Positions 25,222 to 35,027 of a DNA stretch of 64,000 bases are shown here, one piece after another. The notes beneath the pieces were generated by a model. It saw nothing but the letters and a program-made list of their open reading frames with translations. It was not told the origin of the DNA and searched no databases. Each line of letters opens with the position of its first letter. The stretch's first letter is position 1. Position numbers and translations under genes: made by a program. Source of the stretch: Tetramitus jugosus (lineage: Eukaryota > Protista > Heterolobosea); the NCBI GenBank assembly GCA_937625935.1, contig OW569346.1, positions 372,001-436,000 of the forward strand, in the 5' to 3' direction.

Positions 25222-26027
25222 ATGGGTGTCCTTACTGTTAAGCTCTTGTCCGCATCCAACTTGAAAAGAAAGGATTTTCTCAGCAAGAGTGACCCATTTT
25301 GTGAATTGACACTCGCTGGTCAGACTCAACGCAGCAGAACTGTTCACAACAATCAGAATCCATTCTGGGGAGATGTTTTCAGTTTTTCTGTCTCTAATCC
25401 ATTGTCTGAATCATTGGTCATTCATGTGTATGACAAGGATGTAAGTAGTTTGTTGTTGTTGTAGTTTGTCAAAGTTTTTTTTTCTCCATGGAAGCTTGAA
25501 AGCTTTTTTGTTCTCCTTAAGGAAAGCTAACACTAAAACCTCTCATGTTTTTGTTGTTGTTTTAGTATTTTACTCGAAATGACTCTCTGGGCTACTGCAT
25601 CATTCCATTGAACACTTTGATGCGAGGTCAACCCATGTCTCGAACCTATCAACTCCTAGGTGCCTCCAAGGGCTGTCTCACCGTTGAATTGACCGCTCAA
25701 GATTTTGGCGGAGGAATGCCAATGGCCGCCACAACTGTATACACAACTACGACTTATGCTCCTCCACCAATGGCCTATGGATATGTAGCTCCACCACCAC
25801 CACAGCCACAACCAGTGTATTATCCACCTGCTCAAACAACTTATTATCCTCCTCCTGCGCAATCCGTGTATTATCCACCAGCGAGTCAAGTTGCTTATGC
25901 ACCACAGCACGTTCACCAACAACAAGTGCAACCTCAAAATATTTATACGGGATTGCCACCTCAGGAATATGGCTTTGCTCCTCCACCTCTTGGTGGCATG
26001 CCACCACCTGGCCCAGGTTACTATTAA
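25222..26027 (+). CDS. C2-domain protein with Pro/Tyr/Gln-rich tail; intron 25441-25565
   Basis: SKSDPF, NPFWGDVF, VYDKD|YFTRNDSLG after splicing. Confidence 0.9.
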
Positions 26028-26379
26028 GTTATTACGTATTGAGTTGCAGTGAACTATTCGCGCTTTCGCAATAAATACTTTTGTACAAATACATGGCACT
26101 GTTCTTGGAAGAATAAGTTCTTTTGTAATGTTCAGAGAGAACAACAATTCATTATGGAAGAAGAGGAATGACACCTGGTGAAAAATAGTTGAAAATTTTG
26201 CTTTTTATGGCTTTTGTTAAATACAGTATGGAGTACGCACAAAAATGTGGTCATTGGAGAAGGGGTGGAATGAGAGGTGTGGGGGTGGTACATGGGTGGG
26301 AGTAGAAGTAGAATATGGATAATAACAGGAAGCAATATTCGGCTATTGTTGTTGTCTGTGCACACCAAAAGTCGATACA

Positions 26380-27047
26380 CTACACTGTCACTGTGCTCCT
26401 TGTAGGAGTACGATTACCATTACTCATGACTGTTGGTGATGATGATGATGATGATGACGATGACGACGATAGCGCTGTTGGTCCTGTTGTCGTCACTGCT
26501 GTACTTGTTGTTGATGGCGGTGATACTCCTCTCATGGGTGAAGACACTGGATTTCTCCTATAAATAATCTCGTCGGAAATGTGTTTTTGATTGACGACTT
26601 TTCTCACTGTGACCGAACCGGGATTCACCCAACAAACCACTTCTCGTGGCAGTGAAACATTGAAACACACCATGTCAATTCCCACTGATTTGGCACATTT
26701 GACAAGAATGGGATCTGTTTGAACATAGTCTGCAATAATGGCACGGTACGCTGAACCACGCACCGGATCTTCTTCGTACCAATGACTCGCATACCTCTCA
26801 TTCAACTCATTTTCCAACTGTTTTTTGAATTGTTGTATTTGATCGAGTGGAACAAATTCGTACAAGTGGTCACTCTATTGTTATTGAATGATGATGATGA
26901 CAAAATGATGATGATGTGAGCAAAGGATTTCATTTGTTGTACAGCAGCAGCAGTAGCAGAGAAGAGAGAAGGCGCGTGAAAAAAAAATCGAAAACAACAT
27001 ACCCAATAGGAAGCTGCAGCTTTAATTTCTTTGAGCATGTTGATCAT
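26380..27047 (-). CDS. BTG/Tob anti-proliferative family protein; intron 26875-27002
   Basis: MLKEIKAAA N-terminus; box A YASHWYEEDPVRGSAYRAI; box B LPREVVCWVNPGSV. Confidence 0.9.
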
Positions 27048-27261
27048 GTGTGTATGTGTGTTGTGATGTGATTTGCGTTGCAAAGGAGCGTAAGCTTTTC
27101 TGGGGTGGTTTTTTTGGGTTTTTTCGCTTCTGCGTTGGTCGGTTTGTTGGGTTGTTGAGCTCGGAAGTGAAAGTTCATGTTCTCTGTCTAACAATAGGCG
27201 AACCAGCAAAAAGTGGATTCCGTAGCGGAGTATTGTTGTCGTTTATGAACATTCTTCTGAA

Positions 27262-28428
27262 TTAGTCAGACGAGCAGGACAATAAAAGTTCTTGTTCCTC
27301 TCCAAGTGCCAGTGTAATGCATTTTACACCTTGATTGTTCTGTTCTCTATTCAACAGGACCTTGAGTTTCATATCATTCAAGCTTTCTTCTTCACGACCA
27401 TTGTTTGCTTCATCGCCTTCTTCTTCATCGTCGTCATCCATCATGACATCATACTTTTTGACAATCAAGTACAGATCTATTTCAACAGGAAGCCACACAG
27501 CTTGTTTTTCACTTGTGTTGCTCTGTTCGTCTGTGCTGTCGCTGCTATCAGTCATGTAGCACATGAACTTTGTTAATTGATCAGTCAGCTTCACTTTTTG
27601 AGCATCAGAACTCGCGGATGCATCATTACTTGTTTCTTGTTTCTCCTGCTTGTCAACAACAAGGAATGAAACACTGAATGGAGTTGCATTTTCACCTTGG
27701 TTCAGTGCAAAGTGCTTGATGAGAGAACGGTGCAGCTCAAACTGAACCAATCGATAATTTCTAGATTCGACTTGTTGCCTGTTCCATTCTTGGATCGATT
27801 TTTCAATTTGGACAAAATTGTCCAACTGTTTTGTGCTATCCAAGGTTTTTTGATCCGAATTTTTAATCTCCCGTCTAAGCGGCGTTATCGTAGTTGTCGT
27901 CGCCGCCTGTCGCGATGACGCAGATTTTGACTGACTCCTATTTCTACTACCACCACTCTTACTACTATTATCATTACTATTGAAAGAGCATGAAAGCAAG
28001 AGTGTCGAACCTGCATCTGAACCACTCGTATTCAACGTTTTCTTATTCTTGTTTTTCATCTCTAGGAACGAATACTTGTTCAGTATTGACTCTACAAACG
28101 AATCATAAAATGAGGGTTGTTCTTGTGAACCATCATCGAGTATTGGATATTGTGCCATGGTTTTGAATCGTCCATTCTCAATCGTGTGTTGAACACTTTG
28201 ATTTTTTCGATTTTTGTTGTTATCGTTATTGTTGTTGTTGTTGGTGGGAGAGAAACGAATGTGAATGATTTCTCTGTTGCCAATCGTTAGCTCTGCATTG
28301 CTCTTGACAATAATGTACGTGAATTCGAATTTGTGTTCAAGCACAGAAGCTGGAATGTTGTTTTGGTTGTGGGAAGTAGCGACAGCGGTGTTGTTGCTAT
28401 GGTTGTTTGTTGATTTTTGGTTGCCCAT
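27262..28428 (-). CDS. Hypothetical protein with possible N-myristoylation (MGNQKS)
   Basis: 388-aa ORF, no recognised domain. Confidence 0.6.
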   Translation of the reverse strand: MGNQKSTNNHSNNTAVATSHNQNNIPASVLEHKFEFTYIIVKSNAELTIGNREIIHIRFSPTNNNNNNDNNKNRKNQSVQHTIENGRFKTMAQYPILDDGSQEQPSFYDSFVESILNKYSFLEMKNKNKKTLNTSGSDAGSTLLLSCSFNSNDNSSKSGGSRNRSQSKSASSRQAATTTTITPLRREIKNSDQKTLDSTKQLDNFVQIEKSIQEWNRQQVESRNYRLVQFELHRSLIKHFALNQGENATPFSVSFLVVDKQEKQETSNDASASSDAQKVKLTDQLTKFMCYMTDSSDSTDEQSNTSEKQAVWLPVEIDLYLIVKKYDVMMDDDDEEEGDEANNGREEESLNDMKLKVLLNREQNNQGVKCITLALGEEQELLLSCSSD

Positions 28429-28499
28429 TTGTTATGTATGTACTTGTTATGTATGTGTTTGATGTCTCGTTCGTGCGGGTGATGCTTCGTTTCCCGGAC

Positions 28500-28990
28500 A
28501 AATGGTTCCTAGGATTGAGGAAGTTCCATATGCCTCAATGAACAACTCACATATCTGATCTCGGAGAAATGGCTCAATACCCATAAGTGGTGAGCACTAG
28601 GAAATGCACACATTTCAAGTACATTTTACGGGAGATCTCGTTAAGACTGCGAGTTCAATATGATACATGTACTTCCCTTCTCAGTGAGCTGTCCATCTGG
28701 AAGGTATTTGATGTGTTGAAAGGTTGCATTGTATACCAAGTCTTTCCAGATTCTGTTTAAGATCTGTCACTACCTTGTCATGAGAGTCGAATATTTCATA
28801 GATCTCTTCAAAACTAACCAGTTTCCAGAGCTCTGATTTCCATTCTTCTCTGGGAACTTATTGATACCAACATCAAACAATGTTGAGACCGACCACTCAT
28901 CAATATCCACTTTTGCAGAAACTACAAGTGTTGGGAGCCCTTGAAATATATCAGCTTTTGTTGAACGTTCATTGAATCAATTCCAGAATT
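28500..28990 (-). pseudogene. Possible frameshifted gene relic of unknown family
   Basis: Protein-like segments in successive minus frames (VPREEWKSELWKLVSFEEIYEIFD; WKDLVYNATFQHIKYLPDG) interrupted by stops. Confidence 0.3.
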
Positions 28991-29066
28991 GAGAGAGGTT
29001 TAGTTTGTGAAAACGTTTCTGGAATCCAGTCCGAAAGAGTTTTAATTTGTAAAACAAAAAGTTAAA

Positions 29067-30521
29067 ATGCTTTGGTGGTTCTGTGTATTGTTGATAACAA
29101 TTGTGGTGTGTGTATTGATTCATCACTTGGTTTTTAAATCAAACAACAACGACAAGACAAAAGGCACACACATCCATGGTGTTCCTTTGGCTCCTATTGA
29201 AAAATTCTACCTGAAGGACTATTCTAGTGCCCGTGGTAAATTCAATCTTGTTACACCTGTCGAGATATCATTCATAGTGAAAGACTTTGACCATGATGTA
29301 TTTGTCAGTAATTTGAAGCATGTGTTGAATGCAGCGCAACGCAAACATCCATTACTTCAAGCATCTGTAATTTGTGACAATGATACGATGAATGTGATCA
29401 AAGACAGCTGGTACTTTAGTTGGGCTCACAAGAATGCAATTCCTTTGAAGACAATGGAAACGGATGACTATGAACAAGTAGTAAGACATGAAATACATAC
29501 AAATTTCCCATTGCAAGGACCTATGCTCCGTGCTACACTGTGTAGAGGCGAGAAATACTATCTGGTATTGACTGCATTCCATTTAATTATTGATGGTGCT
29601 TCATTCTTGAATTTAGTGAATGAGATTATCAAGATGCTTGGTCGGATGGATCACAGAGATGCTGTTTCGAAGAAGAATCAAGATCAGATTGCATTGATGG
29701 AGAAGATCGAGACAAGACCTCTACCCAAATCTCTTATGGAACAACTAGATCCCAAATATCATGCTGGCATCCTTGGTAATTGGATCTTCTTCTTCAAGTT
29801 TCTTCTCATGGAGATAAGAAATCTTGGATTCAAAGGCATTACATTCCCTCTTTCAACTGGAGTCAAGGAGCAAAAATCAGATTGTATCACATTTGAAGTG
29901 GATCAAGATACGACGAGACAAATAATTAGGAAATCGAAGGAACACAAAGTATCTGTTACAAGTACTTTTAGTGCTGCTTGTGCATTTGTTGCATCAAAGT
30001 ACATCCAATTTGGCAGCCCAAATCAACCTATACCTGTTCCACTTCCTGTTGATCTAAGAAAACGCGTCCCCTCGGTCTCTAATACTACAGAAGATGTCCG
30101 TGCATTGTCAACAGGTATTTATACGTATCTGAAGGTACAGGACAATATCTGGGATATGGCCCAATCAAGTCAACAACAGATATCACAAATGATCAAATCT
30201 GACTTTGCTATTCGATCCTTCCAGTTGTATGAGATCTTACCAAAGATTGTTAAAGGTGGAGACGACCAAAGGTGCTTGCTCGTTTCAAGCTTTGCACCAC
30301 TACAGAAGATGGATTCAGGAGATCAGTTCCGTTCTAAGATTCGTGGATTTTATATGAGCACACATAATACGACAAATATGATATATGTATACCTGTTAAC
30401 AGTTGAAGACAAGTTCATAGTTAATATTTGGTTCAACTCCTCAGTTCAGACTGAACCTGTTCTTCAATACGCCAAGAGTCTGGAGCAGTATTTGCGTGAG
30501 TTGGGCAGTGATGCTCACTGA
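29067..30521 (+). CDS. Alcohol acetyltransferase/condensation-domain acyltransferase with N-terminal TM
   Basis: KHPLLQA, GPMLRATL, HLIIDG (HxxxDG), PVDLRKR. Confidence 0.8.
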   Translation: MLWWFCVLLITIVVCVLIHHLVFKSNNNDKTKGTHIHGVPLAPIEKFYLKDYSSARGKFNLVTPVEISFIVKDFDHDVFVSNLKHVLNAAQRKHPLLQASVICDNDTMNVIKDSWYFSWAHKNAIPLKTMETDDYEQVVRHEIHTNFPLQGPMLRATLCRGEKYYLVLTAFHLIIDGASFLNLVNEIIKMLGRMDHRDAVSKKNQDQIALMEKIETRPLPKSLMEQLDPKYHAGILGNWIFFFKFLLMEIRNLGFKGITFPLSTGVKEQKSDCITFEVDQDTTRQIIRKSKEHKVSVTSTFSAACAFVASKYIQFGSPNQPIPVPLPVDLRKRVPSVSNTTEDVRALSTGIYTYLKVQDNIWDMAQSSQQQISQMIKSDFAIRSFQLYEILPKIVKGGDDQRCLLVSSFAPLQKMDSGDQFRSKIRGFYMSTHNTTNMIYVYLLTVEDKFIVNIWFNSSVQTEPVLQYAKSLEQYLRELGSDAH

Positions 30522-30712
30522 TTATTAAACGATACACCTCATCAATAAAATAATAAAACAGATGACTCAATATGAATGAAGTATTGTTCTCATCTCGTGG
30601 TTGGGGGAAGAATTTTGTTGTCACATCGCACTTCTCAAAGAAGTGGTGTCACCAAAAGCTTGTGAAAAAATCGGATCGAAACACAGAAAGGAAGAAAGAA
30701 CTAGCAAAGAAC

Positions 30713-31681
30713 ATGATTGAAAGTTTGCCAGATGATGTTGTGCTCATCATTTTTTACTTTTTGAGTGTGAGTGACTGGCACAATGTTCGACTCGTGAACA
30801 AATCATGGAGTTTGTTTCGATTGACGAGTCACAATCATCTCTGGTCGTCTTTATTTGCTTCGGCAGTCTCACGTCCTCGCTATGAACCAATAAAATCAAG
30901 TTTCTTGGAACAAGTGATCAATGTGAGCATGGATAGAGAAAAACTGTTGATATTGAAGCGCCTGTACGAAACGTATCGAGCAGAGTTGTTGAAGCAACGA
31001 CAGGAAGCCATTTCATCTATTCCACCAGGATTGGATCACAAGAATCATCGATACTTTGGTTCGAATGAATTGGACCAATTTCTAGCTCGCTATCGATCAA
31101 AGAGTGTGTATGAACATGTGAAGGCTGTAGTCGTGGGTGATTCATCGATCGGCAAGACTTGTTTGCAGATCAGATTGGGATGGGGTACATTTCCTGACTT
31201 GTATATTCCAACAATCATGGAGAATCATGAGGTAGTGTCTAATTGGGGTAACTGTACGAGGAACATTGAGTTTTGGGATACAGCTGGAGCAAGCGATTAT
31301 GACATATTGAGACCATTGGTCTATCCAAACACCGATATCTTTTTGATATGTTTTTCAGTGAGTGACCGTCAAAGCTTTGAAAACATTTGGCTCAAATGGA
31401 TGCCAGAAATAATGAAGCACTGGTCAGATGCCATCTTCATCTTAGTAGGAACCAAGGTTGATTTGAGGGAAACACTCCAAAAGTCGGATGCTGTCCTTGA
31501 TTCTGTTGATCCTGAGGAAGCTGAATTTATGGCCAAGTACCATGGTTTTGCTCTTTACATCGAAACGAGTGCCCTCACTGGCCACAATTTAGGAGCAGAG
31601 TTCACTGACACAATTGCCAAATGTTCTCACCTTGCACAAGTTCAAAAGGCAAAACCAAAGAACAAATGTGTCATGTGTTGA
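30713..31681 (+). CDS. F-box - Rho/Rac GTPase fusion with CaaX end
   Basis: LPDDVVLIIFYFL..VRLVNKSW F-box; GDSSIGKT, YIPTI, WDTAG, LRPLVYP, GTKVDL, ETSA; ends CVMC. Confidence 0.88.
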   Translation: MIESLPDDVVLIIFYFLSVSDWHNVRLVNKSWSLFRLTSHNHLWSSLFASAVSRPRYEPIKSSFLEQVINVSMDREKLLILKRLYETYRAELLKQRQEAISSIPPGLDHKNHRYFGSNELDQFLARYRSKSVYEHVKAVVVGDSSIGKTCLQIRLGWGTFPDLYIPTIMENHEVVSNWGNCTRNIEFWDTAGASDYDILRPLVYPNTDIFLICFSVSDRQSFENIWLKWMPEIMKHWSDAIFILVGTKVDLRETLQKSDAVLDSVDPEEAEFMAKYHGFALYIETSALTGHNLGAEFTDTIAKCSHLAQVQKAKPKNKCVMC

Positions 31682-31902
31682 GTCTGCATTTTGTATTGGC
31701 CAACACAAAATTGTCAACTGTAAATCATTCACCTGAAGGCACATGACATTTAACACTTCAAGTTGTTGATCGATCATCCGACTTCCAGTTCGCGGAAAAA
31801 AAAGCTACACAGCAAACCAAACGAAAAAACAAACAAAAACCAACTGTACAACAAACAACAACAATTGTGATCAACAACACAATTTTTTTTATTTAACATA
31901 AG

Positions 31903-32925
31903 ATGGCACTCGCAGTCGTACGAATCCCAGAAGAAGTTTCCAACGCCTTTGCAGAAGCAAGAACCGGTGATCATGTTCGTTTTCTCCGCCTCTCCATTGA
32001 CATTACAACGGACGAAAATACTCCGACTCTTGTTTTGGAGCACACTCAAAATGGTACACAGAGCTTTTCCACTGATTTTGACTCATTGGCCAACCAGATC
32101 CAAGATGCCAACAAGCCCTATTTTTTCACCGTAAGATTGGAAGATCCAAGTGAATGGGTGCTCGTATGGTACGTTCCTGACTCTTCCAAAGTCAGACAAA
32201 AAATGCTCTTCTCCAGTGCGGTCAATCACTTGAAGAACTCTCTGGGTAATCAATACCTCATTAGTGATTATCACACGACTGCTGTGAGTGAGTTGAGTCA
32301 TCGTGAATTTTTGCGTGGTTGGACTCATCCTAGCAAGAGAAGTGAAGTGAATCCTGATTTGATGACAGAGAAGGAGAAGATTGATGCAGAGGAGAGATCC
32401 AGTGGTCATGTTCACTTTAGTGGACCTACCAAGGTTGGTGTCCATGGATTGGATTTGCCTGCTACGGAGCAAGCACAGAATCGATTGCAACAGTTTGCGA
32501 ATGGATCAGTTTCTCATGTCGGTTTGACAATTGACAGTGAGAGAGAATTGATTTCGTTGATTACTGAGCAGGATGCAACCACTGTTGATGAGTTGAAGAA
32601 TTTTGTGTCGGCAACAGAGCCTAGCTATCACTTGTTCTCATTCCAGAAGCAAGTGTTCTTTGTGTACGCATGTCCAACTCAGTCAAAGGTCAAGCAAAGA
32701 ATGATCTACTCTGCCACAAAGAGTTCCATTGTTGGTTATGTGGCCAGTTTGGGCATCAATGTCGACAGAAGTGTCGAAGTGTCTGATCCAGAGGATTTGA
32801 CTGAGGATACCTTGTTGCCTCAAGATACCTCTGCTCTCAATCAGATCCAAAAGGTGACAAAGCCAAAGAGACCTGGTCGTGGTGCTGCCAGAGTCAGCAA
32901 AGCAACTGATTCAAACGACAATTAA
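31903..32925 (+). CDS. TWF: Twinfilin (two ADF-H domains)
   Basis: YVPDSSKVRQKMLFSS, CPTQSKVKQRMIYSATK, C-terminal KPKRPGR tail. Confidence 0.92.
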   Translation: MALAVVRIPEEVSNAFAEARTGDHVRFLRLSIDITTDENTPTLVLEHTQNGTQSFSTDFDSLANQIQDANKPYFFTVRLEDPSEWVLVWYVPDSSKVRQKMLFSSAVNHLKNSLGNQYLISDYHTTAVSELSHREFLRGWTHPSKRSEVNPDLMTEKEKIDAEERSSGHVHFSGPTKVGVHGLDLPATEQAQNRLQQFANGSVSHVGLTIDSERELISLITEQDATTVDELKNFVSATEPSYHLFSFQKQVFFVYACPTQSKVKQRMIYSATKSSIVGYVASLGINVDRSVEVSDPEDLTEDTLLPQDTSALNQIQKVTKPKRPGRGAARVSKATDSNDN

Positions 32926-33198
32926 GTTATTCTCAATATTTTGTACGAAAAGCGCACAATACACTGCTTTGTATTTTATATTCAAAGTGTTTTCTCTTGT
33001 TGTGTGTTTGTATTGGTAATACACTCTCAAGTGTGTCCATTGCTGTTGTTGTGTGGTCACAACTGTTTGCACAAACACTTTCCCGTCCTACTCGAGCTGT
33101 TGAACATTTCTGAGTTTCGTTGGCCAAGTCTCACACAGACATAGTCATATCTCGGTTTTGCAATTGTTTGATCCATTGCTCACACATCAGCATGTGAT

Positions 33199-34323
33199 TC
33201 AATCATCTTCTTCTTCCTCATTTCCACTCATCCGTTTCACCAGTTCATACAGAGCAATGTGCAATCCAGAAACAGGAGCCATGTACAAAATCTTTGCAAA
33301 CATGCCATTCGTAAATGCTCCCATACCCTCTTGTCTCGGAATCATACGCAATGCGTGAAAGAAGTTTCGATACCGGTACGTACTCTTCGAATTCTGAACC
33401 TGTAATCGCGTTTTCACAACATCCAACGGATTACAGAACGTGGCTGTCAGTCCACCTGCCACTGTTCCTGCTGCCAAATGAATAAGGAACGATCCTTGTT
33501 TCGATGTTTGTTCGACCCATGATTCTGGCTGTGACAGGTACAATTGTTTCTTCACATTCATATAAATGATCCACCAAATGGCCGATTCAGGTGCATGAGT
33601 CAACAAAGAGGCTCCAAAACCCTTGAAAAATCCACGTAGTCCCTCAGCCTGATAAATTTGTCTCACGGCATCGAATCCTCCCTTGTATGAGAAACCAGTC
33701 TTTCCCAACTCTTGAATCATCAATCTTTGGGCCACAATATCGAACGGTATGGCAATAGTTTCGCAAGAAGCCTCTGAAATGACACCAGAGAATGATTCCT
33801 TGATCAAATCATTGCGAATAATGCAAGCCTCTCGTTCTTCCTCACTATCAAACGTTCCATTTGCAATGGAATCATTGAAATGATTGTGTAGCTTTTGACG
33901 AGTGTTCTCATAAGCAGCATAGTACACCCATTCGACCAAGCAGTTACCTATGGCAGCAGTCCAAAATCCTCTAAAGAGTCCTTTTGCTCCATTCGATGCA
34001 TAAATTTGCTTCAACAATGGAAATAAACGACCATTGTTCGCGTTTTGCTGTGCGATTGCAATACGAGCAGCCGCCGTAGTGGTCGCAGAAAATTTTTCAT
34101 GGGGCAGAGCGGGAGAACTCTGATATTGTTCCGATTGAAGTCTCGTTTTTGCAAGTTCGAACGGGAAAAAAGTGGCCATTGTCGCGATCGAGAAACAACT
34201 ACCAATGAGCGCTAGTTTGGGTTTGTTGAGATCATCCCAATTCCGTTCAAATACACTTCGATTGTTCTTTGTAGTCGCCTCTGTTTTCGTTGACAGTAGT
34301 TGTTGCTGTAATTCTGTCGACAT
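33199..34323 (-). CDS. Mitochondrial carrier, SLC25A44-like
   Basis: WDDLNK, FPFELAKTRLQ, IPFDIVAQRLM, PESAIWW, NPLDVVKTRLQ. Confidence 0.88.
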   Translation of the reverse strand: MSTELQQQLLSTKTEATTKNNRSVFERNWDDLNKPKLALIGSCFSIATMATFFPFELAKTRLQSEQYQSSPALPHEKFSATTTAAARIAIAQQNANNGRLFPLLKQIYASNGAKGLFRGFWTAAIGNCLVEWVYYAAYENTRQKLHNHFNDSIANGTFDSEEEREACIIRNDLIKESFSGVISEASCETIAIPFDIVAQRLMIQELGKTGFSYKGGFDAVRQIYQAEGLRGFFKGFGASLLTHAPESAIWWIIYMNVKKQLYLSQPESWVEQTSKQGSFLIHLAAGTVAGGLTATFCNPLDVVKTRLQVQNSKSTYRYRNFFHALRMIPRQEGMGAFTNGMFAKILYMAPVSGLHIALYELVKRMSGNEEEEDD

Positions 34324-35027
34324 TGGAAGCTTCGTTGTTGGTAATTGCTTGTTGTTGATGTTGTCGTGTTTTGTTGAACAAAACAATTTTTTTGGTCCAA
34401 ACAGAGAATATTTGTTTGTGGATTAGTTGTTGTTTGCGTGTTTGCGGAAAAGAACTGTGTGAAACGGAATAATTGGTGGCTCTTGAATTCTTCCGAAATC
34501 GGGCCGATTGAAGAGTTTATCAACGCAACCTCCAAGTTGAACAGCTTCCAACAACAGCATTGATCGAAGAGTCAAGAAAGCGACCCATCCAAACTTGTTT
34601 GTACACTTTGCAGTAGGTTTCACACATGAGATGTTGGATGATTTTTCTCCAACCACTGGATGGCAGTGCTTTCTTCTTCTTTAGGGGTGAAAAGTGGTTT
34701 GGCCGTCAAGGACAAATTCGATTGACGAAAAAAAAATCATGTCTACTTTTGGTAGAAGTACTCGACATCTTTGATAGATCACGTCAAAAATATTTTCTTA
34801 AAACTGACAAACAGTTGATGGTACCTCTCAGATGTCAACCGGCTAAGTATAAAATAGGGCGGACACCCAACGACAGCTGGTAATATCGGCAAGCATTGAC
34901 GTTCGAGTCCAGGAAGAACAAGCGTTCCACTAATCCACAGCAAACACCAAACAAAAAATAGAATTCTATCCCTCACCAAAACAACAATCCAAAACCAACC
35001 CAAACCCTAACCTAACTCACATACCCA

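Noticed and set aside
34861-34915. B-box-like GTTCGAGTCC suggesting another tRNA or SINE
   Set aside because: No cloverleaf, convincing A box or T-run terminator.
34996-35016. Telomere-like AAACCCTAACCTAAC
   Set aside because: Only 1-2 imperfect units within an A/C-rich 5' leader.
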